64,000 nt of DNA from Psilocybe cubensis (GCA_017499595.2 CM039001.1:3844001-3908000); one strand, 5' to 3'. Positions 25,480 to 39,772 are shown, counted from the first letter of the stretch. A program made the numbers and translations. The notes: generated from the sequence alone by a model not told the origin.

Positions 25480-26800
25480 ATGGTGGCAGGGCCATCGAGA
25501 TTCCAGGAAGTTGATGATGACGACATGGACCAATCCTTTGAATCCAATTCAACTGCGTTAGTCACCAACACCTTGACGTCCAACAAAACCCAGGCTGCGG
25601 TGCGCTTGAGTATAATGATTTATGTATTTCAATCTGACAGTACATACTTTCACCAGGGGAGTATTCAAAGGGCCTACACGGCCCCAATGGTCTCGTCCTT
25701 TGCCGAGAACCGTGAGGTTTCCACCGAAGGTCCATCGACAGAGATTGCGAATGTGTCGGTGGATGCTGGGAGAGACAATCTTATGACCAGACGTCCTCCT
25801 ATACAGGTGGCCAACGTGAATGCTATATTAGCCATACTCCCAGGCCGGAATGAATTGTTTCCCGCCATTCAACATAACCGATCTATTGCCAATGGATCGT
25901 ATGCAGCATCCACCAATGTCCAGAATGATCGAGGCATAACCAATCAACAAAGCGGAGTGGATGCTGGGATAGACCAAGTGATCATTAGTCAAGTACGCCA
26001 CGATCATACGCCGTCGACTTTAGCACTAATCAACTACTTTCGATGAACAGGATGAATATGACAGGCTGAAGTCCACTTCAAATGCTGCAAGGTTGAGAAG
26101 TGATGATATAATAGCGACCGTAAGAATAATGAAATGATTCATAAGGAGGCGACTTACATCTGCATCCATTTTCCAGGTTAGAGAAGTTCAAGCCGACAGG
26201 GAGCGCATTGCCGCCCTTGAGCGAGGTCTAACCGAGCAGGGAGAGACGTTTAAATGGGTTAGTTTGGTTTCTTCCCTCACATAACCTTATGACGTTTATC
26301 CGAGACCGTCACACTTTTTAAACAATTATATTATAGGAAATTGACAAAGCGAGCAAGATGTATACTGAGCTCTTGAAGGAGAAGGTGGCCCAGGAAAACC
26401 TGTACCTTGAAACGAAGAGGGTAAATTTACAATATGACCGATATCGATAATGTTAATGACAAATTTAAATAGGAAAATGACAGGTTGAAGGAGCTGGAAG
26501 AGACAGTACTTGGATTCGCAAAATGCACAATTTGCTATGAATTTATGGAGCAAATTTGCGTGTAAGCCTTTTCGAGAACTGTGTTTACAGATCAAAGTGA
26601 CCTCAGAACATTATCACAGCTTTGCTTGTGGTCATGTTTGCTGCAACGATTGCAGGACAAAGCTCGAGTTATTTGACACACTGAGGTGCTGCTTTGTATG
26701 CCGCACATTTGTTCCAGATGAACAACCCCTCTCGCGTTACCATCCCCTCAGCCAGATTCTGTCCAATGTAAAGGATAAGGCTAATGCAGAGGGTGTTTAG
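25480..26800 (+). CDS. Multi-exon protein with C-terminal RING-type zinc finger
   Basis: The last exon has ELCLQ...ACGHVCCNDC...CFVCR (C3HC4-like). Upstream exons are low-complexity or coiled. Exon structure only partly resolved. Confidence 0.65.
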
Positions 26801-26944
26801 AGTAATCCTACTCCCTCTGCACGCTGCAGCTTCTGTTCGAGGTGATCATATAAGTATATAGCAAATGAAGAATGTCATGTTTCATACCAGAATTTATATT
26901 ATCTTCACAAGACGAGGTGATGGTAGAGAAATACCAAAAACAGG

Positions 26945-29900
26945 TCACAGTATCTTTTTCTTGTACTGGTCTTTTAACTGAGTCATAACATTGGAGTTGA
27001 GGTCTCTGTCTTTCTTGGACTCGGGAACTGAACACAGGAAATCCGTGCTGAGTATAAATCGCTCGCCAGTTAAAACGTCTACACGATCTTTAGATCGGGT
27101 GACTACAGCGACCAAGACAGTTGGATTATCCGAGGTGCCTTCATGATGAATGCGACGAACGAATTTCCCGCAATGTTCCCCCTTGATAACCACTAGAGGC
27201 CCATTGTCATGTATTCGATTTGCATACTTCGGAGTGACCCAAGCGGGGTCCACCATAGTCCATGAACTGTACTTTTTGCACCTGAGTACGAGGTTGTTTG
27301 CATCCCAAACCGTTGAGGCGACTAATGTTTTATTGCTGAACTGTCCGCCGTTGACTACCACATTCAGGCTGATGTCCACCAGTTTGGGGTTTAAGAGAAC
27401 ATGTTCGCACACAGAAGAGGAAGTCGTATGACAGTTTGTTTCAGATGAGGAGGAAACAGATGTAGAGACGTCTGATAACGCAAGACTTGTTGGCGAATGA
27501 GCAGTTGGGTCAGGTGTCCTTGAGGAGGGGTCCCAAGCTGGAGTGATAGATTGCGGTGTACCGATGGGTGTCCTTGAGGAAGGATCCCAGGCTGGAGTTG
27601 CAGTGGGTTCTGAGTACATCGGTGTGCCGCTCGCTGACGCAATCGTTTGCGGTACGCCAGGGAGAACGCGGACGTGCTTCATGGAAGACTTAGGTATAGG
27701 ACGGAAAAATTTTGGCCCAGGATCAAGGAAAAGAACGAGCTCATTGAACGTCCTTGCGTACAAGTTAGACAGAGGGTACATGCAATGACAACACACTTAC
27801 GAAAGTTCGACGACATCGTCATAGTCCACAACGATTGTTTGGAACGGTGCAAAGGGATTAAAACGGGTGAGTTGAATAACGAGCTGCAGTCCGGCGTTGT
27901 CTGTATGATGAAGGACGTCTTTGATTCGTCCAGTCTCACCCTTGCGTGGGTGAAGATGCTTCTGTATAATGACCTCTAAACCAGTCCATGGGTGTCTTAA
28001 AAACTTGGTGTGGACTGGGTCTGACTCCGATAATAATGTCACATCGACAAGAGGTAGGGGCTCAGTAAATGAAGTGTCCAAGAGATTGACGTGTACCGCA
28101 AAATGCTGTTGAAAGGTATAGCCACGTTAAGAGAAAAACCGGTGAATATGTCAAGCTGCAAATTTACTCACTTCCACAATCTCAACCTTGTTATCATCTC
28201 CTACCCCAGAATTAAACTGGTTAGATGCTGCTGTTGTACTGACCACAGCGCCCTGGTTGTACGACTCCTGAGCTGCTGTTGGTTTTCCTACTCCTGTGAC
28301 ACACGAACTCCCTCCCGGCATCGACATTTCTTCTTCATCTAACGTTGCTGCTGATTCATCCAAAGTTAGAGCGATATCCGAATGCACCATTATACCCCCT
28401 GGCATCATTTGCGCTTCTACCGCCGTCCCCAGATCTGTCTCCGCCGAACCTTTTCTCAGATCATCGTTCCCTGTCGGCACGGGATATTGTTCTTTTCCGT
28501 TGGTGGGCGTCGAAGATGTTTCAGCATTTGTTTCCACAATGGAAATGCGACCATGCACCGAACTTTTCGTTATTAGTGCATGGTCTCCATGGATTCCAAC
28601 GACCCAACCTCTGTGATCGAAATAGGGGCCGCTCACAACTCGAACGAATTGCCCGATTTTTGGTGACTTGAGAATGTCTAGCCATGTTCCCCTAACACTG
28701 TAGCGGATTTCACGTTCACCTTCGATTGTTGATTGTTCTGCTTCAACGTCGTATGTGTCCAGCTTTTTCAGCACTGCAGGTTCCCACTTTGCAGACCGAT
28801 TCGCAACGTCGGGTGTACGAAAAAGAACCTCCTCTTCCAGTCCTAAGCACCATTCCCGAGGACGTGGCATACGCGCTCGCATTATGTCGGGATGATTGGT
28901 GCTCCTAAACATGGAGAAGTGGGAATACGGAATATCCATGACGGAATTTGCGATGGAGGTATAGTCGAAATCCTTTTCCAACAGTCCATGGTCAAACTTG
29001 AGAAGTCCAAGCGTGTATGATCCATCCGCATTGCGAATAATGGGAGTAGAAATGAGTTTGCGGGCTTCTTCAGGGTCGAAAAGTTTTGCTGGGGGTACTA
29101 GTACCGATGACTTTCTCTTTTGTGACTTTGCAGATTGCGAATTTAGCCGAGGAATGAGAAGAACCTGAGCGCCCCAGGAAAAAGTCGCTGAGATCAGTCC
29201 AACGTCTCCTTTGTATATGCCTTTCTTAACCAAAACCCAGGTCCCAACCTCAAAATCCTTCTTGACATCCCTCATCGTAAGAAGTTCGTGCTGATGGTTC
29301 CGATCCACTATTTCGCGCTTGACTCCAAGGTGGTTACGAAGGATTCCGGGCGTGGACAAGAGCAGATTCACGAGGGCTGGATCCATGATACCTTCAACGT
29401 AGATACTTCCGCGTATAGAGCCGCGAGTAAATGCGGAACGAATATGGTGGATCTCCCTTGCGGTCTGGAGAAGGGATAGGACAGCTGCATCCTCAGAGCC
29501 GATCTGCAAAAGTTGATAGAAAAATAATCAAGGGATAGGTATTCAGACTTACCCGACATCCAACCCTCCAGAGAGGATAGTCATTCTCAAGCGGAAGACG
29601 CGCAATCTTCTCCTGGAGCATGGTTATCCTATCTTCCTCCTCCAAACGTATAACCGGACGTGGTTGACGAGGGCCCTTTGCTTGAGCCTCCAGGCGAGCC
29701 AGTAGTTGGTTAAATGAATCCTCCTCGCTGTCATCTTCTGGCCTATGGAACGCCATAGAGCCTATGTGATCTTCCCCGTCCACTTCCGCTCCGTCGTTAA
29801 TGAAGGCATCTGTAAAGACAGTCAAATCAAGTCTATCGCAACATTCTGAACAGCTCGCCTTCAAGGTCCCGTTCTGCAGACGTAAGCTGCTCATCGTCAG

Positions 29901-30050
29901 AAAGCTCTCCATCATCAGCTACCTGTGCCTCCGTGTCCAGAAATTGGCGGACGTTCCTCATAACCTAGGGAGAAAAAATCATGAGTATCAAGATGCTTTG
30001 AACAGAAATCAAGCAAGCCTACCCGCTTCATCCTTTGGACTGTGTCGTTC
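26945..30050 (-). CDS. Spt5-like transcription elongation factor paralog (NGN + KOW + short CTR); start approximate
   Basis: AFINDGAEVD; NGN-like LWRVGCRIGSE..IRSAF....RGSIYVEG; KOW-like GTWVLVKKGIYKGDVGLI and VLLIPRL..PPAKLFDPEE; GQFVRVVSGPY; two TPAWDPSSRTP repeats; terminal LVVIKGEHCGK. Confidence 0.85.
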
Positions 30051-31374
30051 GATGGAAATGAACAAATTTAATTAGATGATCAGTTACCACTCTGACTTAG
30101 GAATCGGAATCTATATGACGTTGGTGTGCTCAGTAAGTTTTTTTCATCTTCATTACGATGGTGATCTCATTTTCATTTTCCAACTATCCAAATCTATCAC
30201 TGAACTACGTGTAATAGTACATATTCTCGTTCCGGTTCAACGCCAATGCAGAATCCGTGGCGTATCTTACCTGGAATGACAGCCCCTGAGCAACGAGGAG
30301 ACAAAACGGTATGGTGGAGAGAAGAAGAAAAAGAGCGTGGGAATGGGTGGGGGGCTGTAGAAATGGCGCAGAAGTTCGATGCCGCAAATGCCGAAACATA
30401 TCACGTGTTAATGTTCCTCGGGCATCCCGGGTGTGGATGAGGGTTCAAAACATTGAGAGCTGAGCGTCGTGCTGAAACTTATCAATGCGGAAGCGCTCAT
30501 GTGAACACTTAAGCTCGTATCCTGTTAAAAATGCATGGTGAAACCTATTGTAGGGAACCTAGACGATGGAGCGACACGAAGTAGTCGGCTCGTCCTGAAT
30601 GAAAAATTCATAGAAAATGGACATAATAAATTATTGACATGACCGTTGAGACAACTCATCCAGAATAAAATTTAGGGGCAGAACCAAGGGGCACACCGTT
30701 AGTTCCATCAAAAACCAAGGCACAAGTTATGTATGGCGTACCCAGGTCTATGCTACCGCGAAACTAAGTATTTCGTTGCTTGCATATTCAAAAGTACGTA
30801 CTACAGTTTACAAACAGTGGGAAATCAGCTACTCTACAAGAGTCTCAGGTGTTTGTATTTCCGAAGGAAAATAAGCACATTCAAATAATCTTGTAGTGAG
30901 CGGCGACCTTAGCATTTTGTGAGCCCAATAATTCGAGTATCAACGGTAGATATATTTGCGTGGAAAACGGTAAAAACAGACGAGGCCGTACTTCCAAGGA
31001 CCCGCAGAAATAAGTTAAGGAGAACATCCTGGTTCATTGATCCAATCATGTAGATAGGGTCACCATGACACTGTAATAGAAGAAGCGCGGTTGTAAAAAT
31101 ACAGGGCCAAGTCCTCAATAACGAATATGTGAAACATACAAATTAGGCACCTCGTCGTCGAAGTCGACAGATTTGCGGGCCACGTTGCGGTGTCTACCAC
31201 AACCTTTGCGATAATAAACATGGATAAGCTCGTACAGTTAGTGAGCAATGCAGAGCGGTGATGAAGCTCTACACATAATATGTCACTGAACATCTCGTGT
31301 TCGGGAGAGTAAATTCGGCTTACAGTACGTGTAAAACAATACCTCACGGCGATTCGAGTTCGAGGGTGAAGTGG

Positions 31375-32990
31375 GTGCTGGGCAATGGCCGTGTTAGATT
31401 GTTGAACGAGATTTTAAACCACCCACTGGCAGGACAAATTGGGGTTGGAAAGTCACCGAAGATTATTATATCAAGTAGAGCTTGGGTTAATAAATTTAGT
31501 ATATCAATTGCAGATATTGATGAAGCGACATACTTCATAGATTGAAGAGAATTATTAGACGGGAACATCTCGCGTGTTCGAGAGAGTAAATTTGGCTTAT
31601 AGTACGTGTAAAACAATTGAGACTGGTGCCGCTCGAATACCTGATAGAAAAAAGACGGAGCCAATCTATAGTTGCATAAGCAGGAGACTCGACGGGAGCC
31701 ATGTGCAAATCCTGTATATTCCAAGTCCCGATATCGTGAAATCCAAATTAAAACGGCAACCTGCAAAGAGGGTACCTCGCAGACCGGGTGCTTACAGTAG
31801 GCAGCGTCGTACAAAACATAAAGTTATGGCAGCATTCAACGTTCAATTCTTGAATGTAGGTGGGTGCGTCGTTGAATAAGTGAGGTCTGTAAAGCAATGA
31901 GGCGGCACATGTGCTGTAGAATATGTTTCCTGCACTGATAGCAAAGATGATTCCTCACCTATGTTTGTGACGCTCGAATACGGGTCTGGCAGGCGAAGAG
32001 GCGGCGGGTGTGCTGTAGAAGGTGTTCTTGGCTTGTGTTTCCTGCCTGATAGTAATAAAAATACGATTCGCACCTATGTTTCTGCGTAATTCACTATCCA
32101 AATGAATTGTAGTTCCTCCTCGTTCTGTGTCGCTCACCCGACTATTTCCTCTGCCCTTCCAAGCCGGGTCTATGTCACTTGAACTAAAATTGTATTACTA
32201 GAGTACGCAGCTAGCTAAGTTTATGGTATTAGAGTCTACACTAAAGTGCTACTACTACAGTAAGCTCGTATGCGAACCATCTCTACGTACGACGTGCTTC
32301 ATAGGAGTGAGTGTTGAGAGAGAGGTGGAAAGGCGTCACACCGTCACAAAATCGCCATGATACAGGACAGAAGTTTGATGCCGCTGATGCCGTGCCACCA
32401 ATCACGCGCATCACCAATTTGGCGACGGCATGAGCGGCATCGAACTTCTGCGGTACTTGTTGGCGTGCTGGCCATATTCTCACGCTTTCTTCTTCTTCTG
32501 TTCCAACCATGCTCATCTAGCGGGTGAAGTAGCACATATAGACCGAGTAGCGCTGCTATCCATGTAGGCAGTCTAGCGTAGTGTACCATGTAAATAATAC
32601 AAATACTACTACAGGGAGCGAAATGGGGACCGAATGATATTGTGCGTGAGGTGTAATCGAAGTGCCAACACAGATGTTAAGCACGTATGAGATCTCTACG
32701 CTCGCCGTAAGTAACACAATTTTCTGCACAGTGTTGTATATTGGGTCAGTCATTCAGCGCAGATACAGGTCAGCGAACAAGACATCGCAAAAGTTTCGAA
32801 GCATGTCTGGTAAGTTGCAACTCCAGTGTACCCGCCGTTTGCTAACCATGCGATTAGACGCACACGATTCTCACTCAAGTCGTTCGTTTCACCATTTCCT
32901 TCCTCTTGTTCTACACAGGTATGTTTCGTTCTGTCTACCTAATTTTCTGTAGTAACTTACATAGTATAGCCCATCTCCTATCCCGAACAC
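31375..32990 (-). repeat. ~1.6-kb direct repeat of 43723-45339 (also an inverted copy of 13922-15191)
   Basis: Same ORF set offset by ~12,348 nt (e.g. 31574 vs 43922, 32662 vs 45011). Confidence 0.93.
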
Positions 32991-33732
32991 CAATGATCCG
33001 CACTATGCGCTATTAAGCAAACAAGATCCCGGACTTGTCATCGTTCGGATACCGGTGTTCCTTCCAACTCAACTCCACAACCCCTTTCGCACGGATAGGG
33101 CCCTCTGGATGGGAATAGGTTATCAGAATTGCATTGCATGATGTGTAGAGCGCGTATACGCAGACGTATGACTGGGTAAGTCTGTTTACGTCGCATGTCC
33201 CATGGCATTCGCTGATATACCTGACAGACCCTGATTCCCATATCCTCCATGCACATTGCGCAGGTGGATGACATTCGCATCCTTCTCTCTGTGCAGAACG
33301 AGCATCGCTGAGAGTGCACGATAAAATACCAATCAAGTAAGTAGCAGGTTCACTTACCTTGACGCTTCCACTGATTTGCCACATCCAAACTTTGGCTAGC
33401 AAGTCGTCGAACCTGGATGGCCAGCGAGGGGTCCATCGTCGCCCGACACGAACGCATTCAGTCGTGGAGACGTGTAGGCTCGAGCGGGAAACTGGGGCAA
33501 CATTAATGTACGTGGCTGAACGAAGACGGCTGCGCACAGTACTCACTCCTCACACAGAGTTGCAACGCCCGTCCTTTGCTGTGTCCTCTCCATTCCATCG
33601 GTTGCATCAACGTTTTAGGGCAAACCATGACATATACAGAAGGTCATCATTTCGCGAGAGTACGTTTTTCGTCTTCTGTCTCTCTTTCTTAAGCACCAGG
33701 TTTTGATCTACAACTTCTCCTTAGCACGCTAT
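32328..33732 (-). repeat. Left arm of a nested ~1.4-kb inverted repeat
   Basis: Reverse complement of 40615-41995. ORF 33038-33319 (-) equals ORF 41004-41285 (+). Small indels. Confidence 0.93.
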
Positions 33733-34380
33733 TTCGAGTCCAATTTCGGGCAAGGACAGAATTCAAGTCTGCGATTATAGATTGTGAGCCCCTCTTTATT
33801 CAGTCTATGCGTTACCATAACCAACGCCCTGGTTATATTTGAAGGACCTTCAATCTGTCTCAAGAACGGTGCATTTCCTATTACAGGTCGATCCCATTTG
33901 GTTCTAGCACCATTTCCGTAGAAAAGATACACCCCAGAGCAGACAACTGATGCAACCCTTATTGATTTATTATTTAGTGATCTTTGCATGCTGCCTGCAC
34001 GCTTACCTACTGTGATCCTTGATGTTGAGAGCAATGCCCATCCTAGCCTAAGAGTTGGCATGTAAAAATAGATGTCGTTTGCGCATTTGCTAGTTAATAT
34101 GATCTTCCCCCTGTAATTCCCATTTTCCAGGTCAATTATATTTCTGAGTATCGCGCGGACTACATAAGCGTAAAGTCAATTATTAACCGTTGAAGCCGTT
34201 TGTCTGGCTGTCCTTATGAAAGCGGAGATCTTTCTGGTTTAACCGCATTTTGGACGAAGGACTGAATAACGTGCGATGCATTGTGAATATATCTTTGTAC
34301 ATACATAGAAGCATGAGATTAACAGCTAGAATCTTTGTGACAGGAAATATCCGAGTTGATTTAAAAAAGTGATTCTACGC

Positions 34381-35935
34381 CTACTCCCCGAAAAATGGTT
34401 TTGCATCTTTCATTTTCAAGAGCGCTATATCATAACGAGATAAGCAGGCCCGCCAAGAAGAATAGTAATAATTTTCTGGACGCTGATCTGGAGCTGGTTG
34501 ATAACCTTCCCGTGCGGATTGTAGTCTTCTGCGTTTAAGGGGTCGGCTACCTGGTCGTCTGGTTCCATTGACGCTTGTAGCCGGTCGCAGGCTATCAGCG
34601 ATCTTTAATGGAGTCAGGAGCTTTGGGTTGCGCCATTGCGTCAAAAGGACGACTGTGGAATCTTCTCCGTCTGTTTCGTCTTCGCTCATTCCATCTTCGC
34701 CAAGTGTCAAGACGACATCTGCAATATCATGACGACCGGCATCTATGCAGTTACTATAACGGTCCACATACAACTTCTCCGACATTAGCAAAGAAATTGT
34801 GTAAGTGTAAGGAAACAGATATTGACATACATTACGTTGCCTAGTGCGGCGCCGCTTCCTGCGATTGGCATTTAGACGTTCCTCCCTTACGCGATCGAAA
34901 CATTGTTCGCTGGTTTCTCCTGGCCTTGGAACGATGGAAATCAATTTCTCACGAAACATTTGCACTCTTGCCATGAAGTGTTCCTTGATTTGATCGGCAG
35001 TAGCATTAAGATTGCTGTGTAATCGCAAGAACTGTTCAGCAAAGAGGTCCGCAAGATAAGCGTTCCATTTCACTTTCACTTGGTCGAAGTGAAGTTGAAG
35101 AGGTTCCAATGGTGGGGGGTCTCGTAGCGAATTCTCGAACTTATCTACTTCGGCTGGTGATGCAATGTGAATGGAATCCATTATGAAGATGTCGTCATCT
35201 TCGGATATTCCGAGGAGATATTGTTGTAACTGCCGGCTGGCATTCTAAAAAATCATATTCAGTCAATGGATGATGTGGAGGCGAAAAGAATACTACTAGA
35301 ATAAGAACTCTGTCCACTGAGCGGGGACGAACAGGACCAGCTTGCTTGTAAGGAGAGTAAGGTTTCCTGTTTGGAATCCTCCTACGAGGGGTTGCAGGTT
35401 GTGTATTTGCATTAGACCGAAGTTCTTGCACGTCCAAAACGACGCCTCTCACATCACTCGACAGAGTGCTTAGCGTATTCAATATTCTTTCTTGAAAAGC
35501 ACGTTCAGCAGCAGATACTGAGGCAACAGGAGGAACAGGAGTGACAGGAGGCGTCGAAGAGAATACAGAGTGAGGTGGAACCACAGAGGGGTCAGCGACC
35601 GTTGCCGGAGTATCTGCATGGAAGGCTGTCGAAGCCTCGACTCCTCGCACATCGTCTCGACCAGATCTGGGTATAGCACTGGAAGGTGGAGGTGGAGATT
35701 GATGTGTAGCTCTACCTCTTCGATAGTGACCCGGCTTTGAAAATCTGTTGGGTATTGATGGCCCTGGATTGGAAGAAGAGGCCAGGTCACCGTCTCGGAC
35801 GGGCGAAGAACGGTTCGCAGAGGTAGAGAGAGTGGGAGTAAATTCCGTTTGGTTAAAAAAATTTGAAAAGGTGGGTCGTTCTGCTGAATTTTCTGGCTCC
35901 ATATTTACCTGCAGGTCGCCGTTCCTATGGTTCAT
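34381..35935 (-). CDS. Element-encoded protein of unknown function (may be the 3' part of the upstream coiled-coil gene)
   Basis: A long Pro/Ser-rich exon, then exons with basic RRKRRRTRQR, acidic GMSEDETDGED, WRNPKL and PENYY..SW. Confidence 0.7.
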
Positions 35936-36310
35936 CTAAAGGATATTTGACTTCAGTTATACCAAATAAAGTGGCGGTAGTCGGTATCTTACAAACGTAT
36001 AGACAGGTGTGCTGCCTACGATATCCGGTGTTGGCTGGAAACACTTTCCTGGTAGTTTTTTTGATAACCTTGAAAAGGGCGAACGCTGTGGCCATTCTTT
36101 GGGCATATCATTCATCTGCAGGACATTGTTAGCGACATGTGGCCAAGCTACAACACCGCTAATTGTCTTACAAGCGTATATAGGGTGGTATCCGGCATCA
36201 TCGACATTTGACGACGTTTGCCCGCCGCTTTTTGAGATTTTCCAGTCGCCGACGGAGTACTTTCTGGTGCATCCGGGTCCATCGCCTATGGAGTTTTCAT
36301 TAGATATACA

Positions 36311-39300
36311 TCAAAAGATACAATTAGAAGTAATTACCGAGTCCGAATCTTGCGCTTCCTCTCCAAATTCGATGTGGTCAGCCATGGTGGCCTCTAATTG
36401 ACTGTTAAGAATTGAGATGGCTTTTTGAGAGTCCACAAGGTCGCTTTGTAAAAGCTCCAACAGTGACTTGGTATTACCATGGTCCTCAAATTCTTTTTCA
36501 AGAGCGGCCTTGACAGTACTGAGATCTTCAGTTGTTTGAGATAGCGCTGCTTGTTGTTTTTGAAACTCAACGGACATCTGTTGGTATCGCTCCCGTTCTT
36601 TACTAAGTGAATCGCGAGAGTTGGTCGCGGCTTGTTCCAACTCCTTTTCGAGGTCTCGAACTCGTGCGTTAAGCGTTTTAATTTGCTCACTGCGCTTTTC
36701 ACGCACAGTTTGGAGTTCTGAAGCGAAAACATTCTCGCGATGGCTTGATAATTGTTGTGCTTGAATCAATTTCTCCCTTTTGCTGTCAGACTCCTGGAGA
36801 CGAGCCTGTAAGTCACCAATGCGATTTTCAAGTTGCTGGGCATGAGAGGTTGACTCCTCCCTGGACTTCTTCAGTTCTGCAGTCTTCGCGTCTAGATCGT
36901 TGTTGAGTTGAACGATACGGTTCTCTCTGTCGATACCATCAGTTAACTGTCCCTCAAGCTCCTGAACAGCACGCGTTAGCCTTGACGACTCCGCCTTCTG
37001 ATCCTTCAAATCAGCATTGAGCTTCGCTATCTCAGCCTCGTCAGCGGTCCTACGCTGGGTAGACGCCGCGCGCAGTCTCTCCAGCTCCTGACCTTGATCT
37101 TTAAGTGCAGTTTGATTTCCGGACAATTCGTTTTCGAGGAGTCGCACTTGGGCAGTAAGCGTTTTAATTTGCTCACTGCGCTTTTCGCGCATAGTTTGGA
37201 GTTCTGAAGCCAAAACATTCTCGCGATGGCTTGATACTTGTTGTGCTTGAATCAATTTCTCCCTTTCGCTGTCAGACTCCTGGAGACAACCCTGTAGTTC
37301 GTTGATGCGATTTTCAAGGTCTTGGGCGTGAGAGGTAGAGTGCTTCAACTCTTCAAGTTCGGTCGTCTTCGCCCTCACAAGAGCTTCAAGTTCCGTGATA
37401 CGCTCCTGCTTGCTGATACCATCGACAGACTGTCCCTCAAGCTCCTGAACAGCACGCGTCAGCTTTGACGACTCCGCCTTCTGCGCCTCCAAATCAGACT
37501 CAAGTTGTTTTACACGAGTCTCGTAAGCAGACGCATTCTCGATAGAGGCTGCGTTCATTATCTCGAGCTGTTGAACCCTATTTGTCTGTGCCGTCAACTG
37601 AGCTTCAAGCTTTTGAATGTGGTCGGCGTCCAAGGCACCACGATCAGCGGATGACTGTTGCGAATCCTTGAGCGCCTTCAAATCAGCATTGAGCTTCGCT
37701 ATCTCAGCCTCGTCAGCGGTCCTACGCTGGGTAGACGCCGCGCGCAGTCTCTCCAGCTCCTGACCTTGATCTTTAAGTGCAGTTTGATTTCCGGACAATT
37801 CGTTTTCGAGGAGTCGCACTTGGGCAGTAAGCGTTTTAATTTGCTCACTGCGCTTTTCGCGCACAGTTTGGAGTTCTGAAGCTAAAACATTCTCGCGATG
37901 GCTTGATACTTGTTGTGCTTGAATCAATTTCTCCCTTTCGCTGTCAGACTCCTGGAGAGAACCCTGTAGTTCGTTGATGCGATTTTCAAGGTCTTGGGCG
38001 TGAGAGGTAGAGTGCTTCAACTCTTCAAGTTCGGTCGTCTTCGCCCTCACAAGAGCTTCAAGTTCCGTGATACGCTCCTGCTTGCTGATACCATCAATAG
38101 ACTGTCCCTCCCGTTCTCTTTCGAACTCCCCAAGACGAGCCTGTAGTTCGTTGATGCGATTTTCAAGGTCTTGGGCGTGAGAGGTAGAGTGCTTCAACTC
38201 TTCAAGTTCGGTCGTCTTCGCCCTCACAAGAGCTTCAAGTTCCGTGATACGCTCCTGCTTGCTGATACCATCGACAGACTGTCCCTCAAGCTCCTGAACA
38301 GCACGCGTTAGCTTTGACGACTCCGCCTTCTGCTCCTCCAAATCAGCATTGAGCTTCGCTATCTGAGCCTCATAAGCAGTTATTCGCTCCGTAAACGCCA
38401 TATTTGAATCCTCGAGCTCCTTGATATGGGACGTGTCCTCTTCCAAGATATTGGACCCCTCTCCATCGGGTTCATTTAGCAATATTTTCGCAGTTTCTGA
38501 TTCTTCAAGACTGTCTTCCACCAGAGATGAAATCTGAAGAGACTGGGATTCAACCTTTTTGTTTAATTCCTCCACCGTACGGTCATGATGAATTTGGAGT
38601 TCTTCGATTTGTTGTTTGAACTTTGCTTCCAGCTTGAAAACAGCTAGCAATGAGAGGCTGATGCTTCTGATTTTTGGTAGACTACATACCTCAGACATTT
38701 CGTGCTCTTTAGCACGGGATGCTTCTTTATGTTGGCGATCCACGTCCTGTTCGATGCTTAAACGCAGGTACGATAACATGAAGCCTGGGAAACGTACTCG
38801 TTTATAGTCTTCGAATTGGGATTGTAAGGTCTTATATGCCCCATCAGACGCCGATTTCTCTTTGGATATCTGGATGATACATTACTATTAGTACATATAT
38901 CTTTCCAATAATCAAAGTCTCAACCTTTTGCTCTACAACGCAAAGGTGTCGAATTTCAGCATCTTTCAAATCGTTGACGCTCGGCTCTATGCTCTGAAGG
39001 CGCTTTATTTCTTTATCCTTCGATTTGAGCTTCTTAGTCAACTCATCAACCTTGAATACAACGGTATGTTGAGTTAAAATTTGAGACGGCAATTGAAGTG
39101 AGTTACCGCGAACTCGAGTTCTTGAAGATACTCAGGCTCGACTGCAATTAACTTTCTCGACGATATCTCTTCATGATCACTCCTTTTTCGCTTGCCCGAT
39201 TCTTGTGGTTTGAGAATCTGGGACTGTAATTGGGGAGTCTGGGACGGTCCTGGATGATTGCGGGCGTCGTCGTCGCTGGAGGTGATATCCATTTGCTCTG

Positions 39301-39739
39301 TAGGGGATTGGGGAGTCTGGGACGGTCCTGGATGATTGCGGGTGACGTCGTCGCTGGAGGTGATATCCATTTGCTCTGTAGGGGAGCTGTTGAAGGCTCC
39401 CGGCAGAGAGAGATTTTCCATCGAAGCGTCGTCCATGCTTGGATCTGGTGTGATGATTGGGAGTGGCGCTCTTACAAGATGGAAATACTGACGATCAAGT
39501 ATAAGCCATGCCAGGTTCTTTGTCAAAGGACGAGCAAGTGAACACACCGTATCTTCCTTTGTTAAATGCGCCGCGCCGAACCGGCGCGGATTGAAGGAAG
39601 CGAGCGCATGCCCATTCGAGTGCTTTTGATGGAAACCAGGGCCAAACAACTTCTTTGTATCAAAGGCGTCGTGAATGATTATGTTAAAACTCACTGGTCC
39701 TGTACCTTCAACCTCTCTTTCAACCCTATACACCCACAT
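36311..39739 (-). CDS. Large coiled-coil protein with internal tandem duplications; boundaries approximate
   Basis: An 822-aa open stretch with heptad character; ELEGQSVDGISKQERITELEALVRAKTTELEELKHST occurs three times. Upstream exons at 38844-39739. Confidence 0.75.
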
Positions 39740-39772
39740 TCACCCTCTACCGTCATTCAGTCCCGCCAAACT

